The position numbers and the translations under genes were made by a program. Of a stretch of DNA of 7,889 bases, positions 1 to 7,684 are shown in pieces. The DNA is from Rotaria sordida. Its lineage: Eukaryota. Positions within the stretch are counted from its first letter, which is position 1, and each line of letters starts with the position of its first letter. Under the pieces are notes generated by a model. That model saw only the letters and a list, made by a program, of their open reading frames with translations. It had not been told where the DNA came from and ran no database searches. The stretch lies in NCBI GenBank assembly GCA_905250005.1, contig CAJNOH010000914.1, positions 10,375 through 18,263 of the forward strand, in the 5' to 3' direction.

Positions 1-346
1 TTCTACGGATAAGGGTTTATTGTTCTACTCTTTCATGACAAGGGTTTGTTATTCTACGGATAAGGGTTTATTGTTCTACTCTTTTATGTAAAGGGTTTAT
101 CATTCTACGGCTAAGGGTTCATTGTTCTACCCTTTCACAAAAAGGGTTTGTTATTCTACGGCTAAGGGTTTATTGTTCTACCCTTTCATAAAAAGGGTTT
201 ATTATTCTACGGTCAAGGGTTTATAGTTCTACTCTTTTATGAAAAGGGTTTATCATCCTACGGCTAAGGGTTTATTGTTCTACCGTTTCATAAAAAGGGT
301 TTATCATTTTACGCATAAGAGTAGATTATTATACGTTTATGTAAAA
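1..346. repeat. 51-bp tandem repeat array, about 6.7 copies, truncated by the window start; each unit carries TTCTACGG and two AGGGTTTAT motifs
   Basis: The anchor TTCTACGG recurs at 1, 52, 103, 154 and 205, as TCCTACGG at 256 and as degenerate TTTTACGC at 307, giving a constant 51-bp spacing. Each unit also contains a small ACCCTTT-loop-AAAGGGT inverted pair. Confidence 0.92.
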
Positions 347-416
347 GGGGTGTGTGGGTGTACAGGATGATCATCTTCTTTTATCACATCCATAGCGACA
401 ACCCACATTCACACCC
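347..416. repeat. GT-rich/CA-rich imperfect inverted module (GGGGTGTGTGGGTGT ... ACCCACATTCACACCC) directly abutting the 51-bp array
   Basis: GGGTGTG (348-354) is the reverse complement of CACACCC (410-416). TGGGT (355-359) is the reverse complement of ACCCA (401-405). The spacer between the tracts is about 39 bp, and the right arm carries a 4-nt bulge. Confidence 0.6.
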
Positions 417-756
417 TTTCTACTTATCCATCTGATTACCTAAATCAGTCTTTTTTTTAAATAAATGACACTTTCCTAAGTGAATTGCTATTTTTCCTTC
501 TTTAGAATAAAGATAGTCATTATTTACTGTCCCATTCGAAACCGTCACATTAAAGACAGCATTCATTCCCAATGGAGAAGATTCATCTTTGGCTGCTTGG
601 CTAAGATAAAAAATGAACGTTTCTAAATATTGGCATACAGAATATTATTTTCCTAGGATAGAAAAGACAGTAATAAAAAGTTAATGTTCCCATCCATTCT
701 GATATAGAAAGCTTTTTCTCTAATTTTACATTTGGAACAGCAATCCCATACTTTCA

Positions 757-3240
757 ACTAAAATGATAGGAAATTTGTTTCTCTCATATTAGATTCAATA
801 AGGTAGTTTCTTTCATCTTAAGTTAAATTAATAGACATTTTTGTTTTCTAATATCAGATTCGATAAAATAATTGCTTATCTTCAGATGAATTGACAGAAC
901 TTCTTCTCTATTATTAGGTTCGATAAAGCAATAGTTTATCTTAAGTTAAATTGGTAGCGAAATCTATTTTCTTCTAGTGTTAGATTCAATAAGATAGTTC
1001 TTAATCTTAGTTGAATTGATAAAGAAATTTTTTTTCTAATACTAAATAGATTCAATAAAGTATTTCTTTTTTATCTTAGTTTGAAGTAATACAAATTTTT
1101 TTAAATATCAGGCACGATAAAATAATCGTTTATTTCAAGTTAAATTGACAGCAAAATCTTTTTTTTCTAATTTAAGATTGAATAAAATAGTGCTTTATCT
1201 TACATCGAATCTATAAAGACATTTTTTTCTAATACTAACTAGATTTGATAAGGTTGTTCTTTTTTTATCTTAAGTTACATTATTAGAAAATTTCTTTTCA
1301 AATATCAGGTTCGATAAAGTAAGCGTTTATCTTAAGTTAAGTTAGTAGCGAAATCTGTTTTTTTTTAATGTTAGATTCAATCAGATAGTTCTGTATCTTA
1401 GCGGAATTGATAAAGAAATCTTTTTTTCTAATATTAGCATCAATAAGGTAGTTTCTTTTATCTTAAGTTAAATTAATAGAAATTTTTGTTTTCTAATACC
1501 AGGTTCGATAAAATAATAGCTTATCTTGAGATAAATAGACAGAATTTTTTTCTATTATTATGTGCAATAAAGTAATATTTTATCTTGAGTTAAATTGGTA
1601 GCGAAATTTGTTTTTTTCTAAAATTAGATTCAATCAGATAGTTCTTATCTTAGTTGAATTGATAAAATTCTTTTCCTAATACTAAATAGATTTAATAAGA
1701 TAGTTTCTTGTATTCTGAGTTGAATGAAAAATGTTTTCTCAAATATCAGATTCGATAAAGCAATCGCTTATCTTAAGTTAAAGTGAAAGCGAAGTCTTTT
1801 TCTTTTCTAATATTCGATTCAATAAAGTAAGTCTTTTTCTTTTCTAATATTAGATTCAATAAGGTAATTCTTTTTCTCTTAAGTTGAATTAATGGAAATT
1901 TTTTTTCTAATATGAGATTCGATAAAATAATCCTTTATCTTAAGCTAAAATAATAGAATTTTGTTCTATTATTAGGTTCGATAAAACAATCACTTGTCTT
2001 AAGTTAAATTGATGGCGACATCTTTTCTTTTCTAATAGTAGATTCAATAATGTAGTTTCTTTTCTTTTCTGTTAAGTTAAATTAATGGAAAACTTTTTTC
2101 TACTGTCGGACTCGACAAAACAATCGTTTATCTCAAATTAAATTAATAGCGGAACTTTTTTTCCTAATATTAGTTTCAATAAGATAGTTCTTAATCTTAG
2201 TTGAATTGATAAAATTTTTTTTCTAATACTAAATAGATTCAATAACGTAGTTCTTTTTTATCTTAAGTTAAATTAATCGAAATTTTTCTCTGATATCAGG
2301 TTCGATAAGGTAATCGTTTATCTTAAATTAAGCTAATAGAAACGTTTTTTTAATATCAGGCTCGATAAAATAATCGTTTATCTTAAGTTAAATTGATAGC
2401 TGGCAATATTTTTTTTCTAATGTTAGATTCAATCAGATAGTTCTTTATCTTAGTTGAGTTGATAAATTTTTTTTCCTATTATTAGATTCAATAAAGTAGT
2501 GTCTTTTATCTTAAGTTAAATTAATAGAAATTTTTTTTTTAATATCAGGTTCGATAAAATAATCGTTTATCTAAGTTAAGTTGATAGCGAAATCTTTTCT
2601 AATAGTAGATGGAATAAGGCAGTTTGTTTTCTTTTAAGTTAAATTAATAGAAACTTTTTTAAATATCCGGCACGATAAAATAATCGTTTGCCTTAAGTTA
2701 AATTGATAGCAAAATCTTTTTTTCTAACCTAAGATTCAATCAGATAGTTCTTAATCTTACTTGAATTGATAAAGAAATTTTTTTCTAATACGAAATAGAT
2801 TTAATAGGATTGTTCTTTTTTATATTGATTTAAATTGTTAGAAAATTCCTTTTTCCAATATCAGGTTCGATAAGGTAAGCGTTTATCTTAAGTTAAACGG
2901 ATAGCAATTTATTTTCTAATATAAGATTCAATAAGGTAGTTTTTTATCTTGGTTAAATTGATAGAAGGTTTTTTTCTTATGTTAGCTCGGATAAGTTAGT
3001 TCTTGGTCATTAGAGAAATTAATAGAAAAAATTCTTTTCTTTGTTAACTTTAAATTCTTTATCTAAAATTAAGTTAAAAGAAAAGTTTTTTTTCTAAATG
3101 TTAGGTCCGATAAGATAGTTCTTTGTCTTAGGTTAAGTTAACCGAAAATTTGTTTCTAATATTAGATCCAATAAGGTAGTTTTTTTTATCTTAAGTGAAA
3201 TTAAGAGAAACGTTTTTCTAACATTAAGCTCGCTAAATTC
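757..3240. repeat. Satellite array of about 38-39 monomers of 60-66 bp (consensus roughly T-run + CTAATATTAGATTCAATAAGGTAGTTTCTTTTATCTTAAGTTAAATTAATAGAAA) with monomer subtypes and higher-order repeats
   Basis: The anchor (C/T)(G/A)ATAA(A/G) recurs at 861, 921, 987, 1053, 1115, 1180, 1246, 1312 and onward, with 60-66-bp spacing. There are at least three monomer subtypes: CAGGTTCGATAAAATAATCG, AGATTCAATCAGATAGTTCTTAATCTTAGTTGAATTGATAAAG and CTAATACTAAATAGATTCAATAA. No ORF of 60 aa or more is listed on either strand across about 2.5 kb. Confidence 0.92.
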
Positions 3241-3599
3241 TTTTTCGTCAGGAAATTCGTCATAAAAGTAATTTTCATCGATAGAGATAGGATAGGAATA
3301 GCAGCCTTCTTTCGTTTATATACTCGAATAGAAAAATCGATTTTCGCACGCACATCAGTAACTAATATAAAGACATATTACTCAACCAACATTGACACAA
3401 ATCATCAGTTTCATAGCGATTACTTAAGTGTTCTATCGTCCTTTACATTGATTAGTTCTAATAATAATAATAGGTTTTTGTTTAGTTGAGGTATATTTAT
3501 TTATCTTTCATACACAGTATAAATAAGTTTGAACAATTTATTTATAAACATTTCCTTCAGTACTTCGATATGCAGAATTAGGGCTCATAAAATATGTTG

Positions 3600-4112
3600 G
3601 ACGTAAGTTTCGAAGATATTCAGGTGTCTAAGAAGGATTAAGGTGATATTCAGATACTAAAAAGGATTTAGAAAAGCATTTAGTTGATATTTACGTAGCA
3701 AGAAAGAGTTTAGAAAATAACTTGAGATATGTTCAGATAACCAGAAAAGAGTTAGGGAGAGACTTAGAAGATACTGAGATAGTTAGAGGAATTAAGAAAG
3801 GCTTTAGAAGATATTGAGATATCCAGAGACTGTTTAGGGGAGAGTTTAGGACATACTAAGATGCTCAAAAAGGAGTGAGGGAAGAGTTTAGGGGCTATTG
3901 AGATACTTGGAAAGGAGTTAGGAAATAGTTTAGGAGATTTTGAGATACTCGGAAAGAAGTTAGGGAAGGGTTTAAGAGATATTGAGATACTCAGAAAGGA
4001 GTTAGGGAAGGGTTTGGGAGATATTGAGATACTTAGAAAGGCTTTTGGAAAGGGTTTAGGACATCCTGAGATATTCAGTAAGGAGTTAGGAATGAATTTA
4101 GGAAACGCTTTG
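3600..4112 (+). repeat. Tandem repeat with a 42-bp unit (GATATTGAGATACTCAGAAAGGAGTTAGGGAAGGGTTTGGGA), about 12 units in forward orientation, more degenerate toward the 5' end
   Basis: The G of the motif GAnnTTGAG sits at 3894, 3936, 3978 and 4020, an exact 42-bp spacing. Earlier units at 3610-3860 are recognisable but vary between 30 and 52 bp. Confidence 0.88.
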
Positions 4113-4130
4113 ATAACAATTATAAGCATT

Positions 4131-4340
4131 GCCTAAACCATTTCTGAGTATCTGAAGATCTCTTAAACTCTTTCCTAAAATCTCCTGAACATCTCAGCGT
4201 CTCCTAAACCGTTTCTTAACTTCTTTTTTGAGTATCTTAATATCTCCTAAACCTTTCCTAACGTCTTTCTGGGTATCTACAAATATCCTAAACGGTTTTA
4301 CGAATCCTTTCTGGGTATAGCAATATCTCCCATACCCTTT
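4131..4340 (-). repeat. The same 42-bp repeat family in inverted orientation (about 5 units), head-to-head with the 3600-4112 array
   Basis: TCCTAAACCTTTCCTAACGTCTTTCTGGGTATCTACAAATATC (4245-4287) aligns with the reverse complement of the forward consensus, TCCCAAACCCTTCCCTAACTCCTTTCTGAGTATCTCAATATC. C(C/T)TAAAC anchors occur near 4132, 4162, 4203, 4246 and 4287. Confidence 0.82.
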
Positions 4341-4685
4341 CCTAAACCCTCTTATGGGTTTAGGAAAGTATTTATTATTTTCCTAAACCCTTTTAAAGGG
4401 TTTATCGAAGAGTTTATTGTTTTCCTAAACCCTTTCAAAGGGTTTATCAAAGGGTTTATTATCTTTCTAAACCCTTTAAAGGGTTTATCAAAGGGTTTAT
4501 TATTTTCCTAAACCCTTAAAAGGGTTGTTGAAAGTGTAACGTATAATAAACCCTTAAAGGGTTTATGAACTTTCTAAACCCTTTCCTAAACCCTTTGAAA
4601 GGGTATATGAAAGGGTTTATGAATTTCCTAAACCCTTTATTAAACCCTTAAAAAGGGTTTAGGAAAATTTTACATACGGTAAAAA
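4341..4685. repeat. Palindrome-bearing repeat array with a period of about 42 bp (TTTCCTAAACCCTTTcAAAGGGTTTATCAAAGGGTTTATTAT), continuous with the inverted array upstream
   Basis: T(C/T)CTAAACCC occurs at 4381, 4423, 4465 and 4506, a period of 41-42 bp. Hairpin-capable sites are CCTAAACCC-tcttat-GGGTTTAGG (4341-4364), 10-bp stems with a 1-nt loop at 4426-4446 and 4546-4566, and the perfect 20-bp palindrome TAAACCCTTTAAAGGGTTTA at 4468-4487. Confidence 0.85.
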
Positions 4686-4721
4686 GGGTTTATTATACGT
4701 TACACTTTCATCAACCCTTTT
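4518..4721. repeat. Inverted repeat pair with 36-bp arms (4518-4553 and 4686-4721), 35/36 complementary, separated by a 132-bp spacer
   Basis: The reverse complement of AAAAGGGTTGTTGAAAGTGTAACGTATAATAAACCC (4518-4553) is GGGTTTATTATACGTTACACTTTCAACAACCCTTTT. The sequence at 4686-4721 is GGGTTTATTATACGTTACACTTTCATCAACCCTTTT. They differ by one mismatch, at 4711. Confidence 0.9.
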
Positions 4722-4755
4722 TGGGTTTATTATTCTACGAATTTTTTTTACAGTG

Positions 4756-4774
4756 CACACCCACACCCACACCC
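4756..4774. repeat. (CACACC)3 simple repeat terminating the repeat block; complement of the GGGTGT motif seen elsewhere in the window
   Basis: CACACCCACACCCACACCC was read directly at 4756-4774. It is preceded by a T8 run and by a partial copy of the 51-bp-family motif at 4723-4739. Confidence 0.93.
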
Positions 4775-5368
4775 GTTATGCCAAAACAAAAACACTTGAC
4801 TACATGCCGGTTCCATTGGGGCTTGTCTTTTAGTTGAAGGTCTATCTCTTGTTGAGTCATGATGGTGAAGGTTTCAGTCAAGAGAACGACAGACATTGCA
4901 CATCAGGAATCTGCATAAGATGGAATAATCCCATTCCATGGGACGATTTTTTTCGTTGCTTATCATTCCATGAGAAGCCCTACTATTCAAAGAGAAAGAC
5001 CATGATATGAATCAACCTTCAGCTTCGATTTCGTCTATTTTTCTTTCATAGGTAAATATTGATGACATAGAAGTATCATTTTCATTATATTTATTCCACT
5101 TTCTTTTGTGTTTTGATGATATTTTTCCCAGTTCTGTTCTGCGACGAACGCACGCTTGTCGCTTAAAAAAAGTGATGGAGAAAAATTGCAAGTAATATTC
5201 TTCGGGTGCCGATTAACTTGGTCTCAAACTGAGTGCTTATGGGAAAGGATCGATACCAAATTCATACTAAACAATTGCACAAAATTCAATGTAAGTTCGT
5301 ACATTGAAAGAATACCGGATTCGGTGGAAATTGTGTAAAGAAAAAACATTGAAAGCTAGATAGAATCC

Positions 5369-5374
5369 TTTATT
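5369..5374 (-). promoter_or_regulatory. Candidate polyadenylation signal AATAAA for the minus-strand coiled-coil gene
   Basis: Plus-strand TTTATT at 5369-5374 reads AATAAA on the minus strand, about 75 nt downstream of the TGA stop at 5449-5451. AATAAA is frequent by chance in AT-rich DNA. Confidence 0.4.
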
Positions 5375-5448
5375 TAGTAAAAAAAACACATGATCTTAAT
5401 TATACAGCATTAATTCATATCGTTCGTTTTGTTATATCAACGTTATTG

Positions 5449-6456
5449 TCATACACTTGTCTCATATTTCACCTGTTTGAAGTCTTTTTTCTTATTATTG
5501 TTGACATTACTATCCGATGAGAAAGAGTCGTCATCTGTATCGGAAGAATCTTCATTGTCATTATCAAAGCTTATTTGACTACACATGTGCTGCAAGGAAT
5601 GTAACTCTTCTTCAATGAGAGATTCATTCTGCAATTTACGAGTAATTTCTTCTATCGTAGCTGGAGGTATTTTAACTTGCATAGCTGCCAAATATTGTTG
5701 CATATATCTATTAAGCTTTTCCAACAAATCTATTTCAACTCGTCGATTTTCTTCAAGAAGTTCATTGAGTCGTCTTTCGTATTTCTGTTTTTCTATATTC
5801 AATACATCTCGAGCTTCTTGTAATTCAATACCCTTCCGTCTTAATTGTTCTTTTAAACTATTCTTTTGCGATCTCAGTTCTGTTTCTCTCAATGTTTCCA
5901 ACAAAGTATTCTTTAACTGCTGATTGAGTGCATTTAATTGGTCTTGAAGTCTACTTTGTTCTTCGGCCAATCTTTTAAACTCTTTATCAGCCTCGTTAAA
6001 TTTCTGACGTGCAATTTGTTTATCACTTTTGACTTGACACCGTGGCAACGGAGATATGATGGTGAGTTTCTCTCTGATTTCTGTACGTGCATTATCAAAC
6101 GAGTCGGCTAACAATGAACTGATTGAAACAAGATCCAAAAATCGTTGCTTCATTGATGGACACTGAGAAAGTTGTAGGCTGTTATTCAGACGACGGTTCC
6201 ACTTTTCACTATGCTCTTTGAGTAAAGTTGAAACCTTTTTACACAGCTTATTTGTATCTTTACTCAATGATTGAAACACAGTAATGAATTCACGAGTACC
6301 TACGTATATATATATATATATATATATATCCTTTTCAGTATAATCAAGAAACAAAAAATAAATTTCAAATCTCTTACCATGAAGTTTGTGCCTATTGCCC
6401 AGCAAAAAGTCGAGTTTTGCAATGTTTGTAGAAATTTTTTCCAGTGCCATGGCCAT
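5449..6456 (-). CDS. Uncharacterised coiled-coil protein. It is 335 aa if read through, or 309 aa if the putative intron 6300-6377 is spliced (exon 1 6378-6456, exon 2 5449-6299).
   Basis: This is the only long ORF in an AT-rich window where long ORFs are otherwise absent. The start context is AAAATAATGG. Residues about 145-260 (nt about 5677-6024) are heptad-like and rich in E, K, R, Q and L, typical of a coiled coil. The C-terminus is an acidic Ser/Asp-rich tail ending KKKDFKQVKYETSV. The stop is TGA at 5449-5451. I do not recognise the family, so no symbol is given. Confidence 0.8.
   Translation of the reverse strand: MAMALEKISTNIAKLDFLLGNRHKLHGKRFEIYFLFLDYTEKDIYIYIYIYVGTREFITVFQSLSKDTNKLCKKVSTLLKEHSEKWNRRLNNSLQLSQCPSMKQRFLDLVSISSLLADSFDNARTEIREKLTIISPLPRCQVKSDKQIARQKFNEADKEFKRLAEEQSRLQDQLNALNQQLKNTLLETLRETELRSQKNSLKEQLRRKGIELQEARDVLNIEKQKYERRLNELLEENRRVEIDLLEKLNRYMQQYLAAMQVKIPPATIEEITRKLQNESLIEEELHSLQHMCSQISFDNDNEDSSDTDDDSFSSDSNVNNNKKKDFKQVKYETSV
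6300..6377 (-). other. Putative 78-nt phase-1 GT-AG intron, in frame and stop-free, so read-through is also possible
   Basis: On the minus strand the donor is CATG|GTAAGAG (GT at 6377-6376) and the acceptor is TACGTAG|GTACTCG (AG at 6301-6300). The interval contains (TA)12. If translated it gives GKRFEIYFLFLDYTEKDIYIYIYIYV, which is unlike the polar remainder of the protein. The polypyrimidine tract is weak. Confidence 0.55.
6305..6329. repeat. (TA)12 microsatellite inside the putative intron
   Basis: An uninterrupted TATATA... run was read directly at 6305-6329. Confidence 0.97.
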
Positions 6457-6800
6457 TATTTTAACAGACTATTATAAATAAAAGCGCACACTTGTATGGA
6501 TATGTGCCTCTTGCTGCGAGAAAGAAAAGTTTGTAACGCGAATGAAGCAGTATGAGACGGATCAACAAAATAATATGCAATTAATTTCTCTTAAAATCAA
6601 TATGAAATCGAGTATCTCATGAATCGCATTGATGTTAAAACAATGGGCTTTTTTTACTGGAAGAGAAACCATACAACGCTCATATGACTTGACTAAGGAT
6701 ATTCGTCGATCATTTTCTGTATAGATCAAATCATTCCCTGCTCCCTCTCTCCACTTCCCGTATTAGAAGCAGCCATCTTAGGGAACATCTCAAAATGTTT

Positions 6801-6942
6801 GCCGGTCGGCCAGCCGCTCTGCCGTGCGGCCGCTTGGGCGTGCGTGGGGGGGTGGGGGGGGGTGTGGGTGTGGGTGTGGGTGTGGGTGTGGGTGTGGGTG
6901 TATGGGTGGGCGTGGATGTGGATGTGGCGCGGGTGTGAGTGT
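6801..6942. repeat. GC/G-rich island with G7 and G9 runs followed by (TGTGGG)6 and degenerate GT-rich sequence
   Basis: GCCGGTCGGCCAGCCGCTCTGCCGTGCGGCCGC (6801-6833) includes GCGGCCGC at 6826-6833. The G7 run is at 6846-6852 and the G9 run at 6854-6862. Six perfect TGTGGG units span 6863-6898, followed by TGTATGGGTGGGCGTGGATGTGGATGTGGCGCGGGTGTGAGTGT to 6942. Confidence 0.95.
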
Positions 6943-6952
6943 ATTAAAGGGT

Positions 6953-7029
6953 CACACAAATTCAGATCCACACACCGACACATCGATGCGCCTACATCCA
7001 CACCCAACCCATATCCGCATACACGCACA
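6953..7029. repeat. CA-rich tract opposing the GT-rich tract; a degenerate inverted arrangement with a strand-asymmetry switch near 6943-6952
   Basis: CACACAAATTCAGATCCACACACCGACACATCGATGCGCCTACATCCACACCCAACCCATATCCGCATACACGCACA is C/A-rich where the preceding 100 bp is G/T-rich. Shared blocks such as GGATGTGG/CATCCACA exist, but overall complementarity is only partial. Confidence 0.55.
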
Positions 7030-7684
7030 TTCTTCTTTGAATCTCTTTTTGAATGCGGCACTTAAAGACCTGCTAATATCTAAATTGTAGATAAGAAATT
7101 TGATAAAAATATAATAACTAACGATACAGTGGGAGGGAAAATAAAAACTCTTCAAACTCATCTAGACAGAAACGAAGTAATCTCAGGTTCACAAAGAACT
7201 ATATGAAGAAATGTAAACTAGACACTTTGAATATTCTCTTCAATCAATGTTACAAAGATTTCTCTCAAAAGAATCAACGGTCGGGATTATATAGAAACAC
7301 ACTTACCTTGTTTTGAATATGCCTCTGTGCTTGTTCTCGAAACTGTGCACTTCTCACAGCTTTATATACATCTAACGTCCATTATGATTCACGCTGTTTC
7401 TCTTTTCTTTTCTTTTTTTGTGTTTCAATAAGCGCTGTTAACTTGTTTACGAGTATACGAAAGTCGTCATAAAGAGAGACAGAGAACGAAAAAAGAAGCC
7501 TTGCATTCTCTTTGCTTTTATTATAGAATTCATCTATTGGCGCTCCTTTCAATCCAGGCTAACAATAACAAAAACTGTTACGAAATAATGTACACGGACA
7601 TTAAAGAGCGACAGATCAATATAGCTTTCAATATACATTGGATTTGAGTGATAAGGTAATGTTAAGTACAAGTACACATGTATA

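Noticed and set aside
1300-1320. GGTTCGATAAA inside many satellite monomers resembles the tRNA B-box/T-arm GGTTCGAATCC, which could hint at a tRNA gene or a SINE-derived satellite.
   Set aside because: Only 7 nt match. There is no A-box, no cloverleaf-compatible flanks and no acceptor or anticodon stems. The match is expected by chance in a short, repeated, AT-rich unit.
757-3240. The regularly spaced array of about 64-bp units could superficially resemble a CRISPR array.
   Set aside because: There is no alternation of conserved repeat and unique spacer; the whole unit is repeated with diffuse divergence. There are no cas genes or leader, and the context (intron-containing gene, satellites) is eukaryotic.
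3764-4129. A 121-aa minus-strand ORF with a 14-aa periodic sequence (PKPFPNSFLSISIS...).
   Set aside because: The 42-bp repeat unit equals exactly 14 codons, so one frame stays open by periodicity alone. The ORF starts at the inversion junction and dies where the repeat degenerates. The peptide is low-complexity, and there are no start-context, splice or polyA signals. It is most likely a tandem-repeat artefact, though a repetitive protein cannot be fully excluded without expression data.
1-4740. GGGTTTA/CCCTAAA-type motifs could indicate a true telomere.
   Set aside because: The heptamer is never tandemly iterated; the longest telomere-register match is about 10 nt (CCTAAACCCT). The motifs are embedded in 42- and 51-bp units on both strands. 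I therefore call them telomere-like motifs in satellite DNA, not a chromosome end.
5156-5338. A 60-aa plus-strand ORF starting at TTG.
   Set aside because: It is short, uses a non-ATG start (irrelevant for a eukaryotic nuclear gene), has no flanking splice or polyA logic and has no recognisable motif. The region 4780-5448 has only short, interrupted frames on both strands.
5585-6477. Plus-strand ORFs 5585-5923 (112 aa) and 6271-6477 (68 aa).
   Set aside because: They are antisense shadow ORFs inside the much longer minus-strand coiled-coil CDS. The peptides are Cys/Ser/Phe-rich with no domain-like character.
6726-7161. Four overlapping ORFs on both strands (6726-7061 -, 6799-7065 +, 6824-7090 +, 6952-7161 -).
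   Set aside because: They all overlap the GC-rich GT/CA simple-sequence tract, where stop codons are depleted in every frame. The translations are simple-repeat peptides (HTHTHTHT, VWVWVWVW, GCGCGCGC). Mutually overlapping ORFs in several frames are the signature of compositional artefact.
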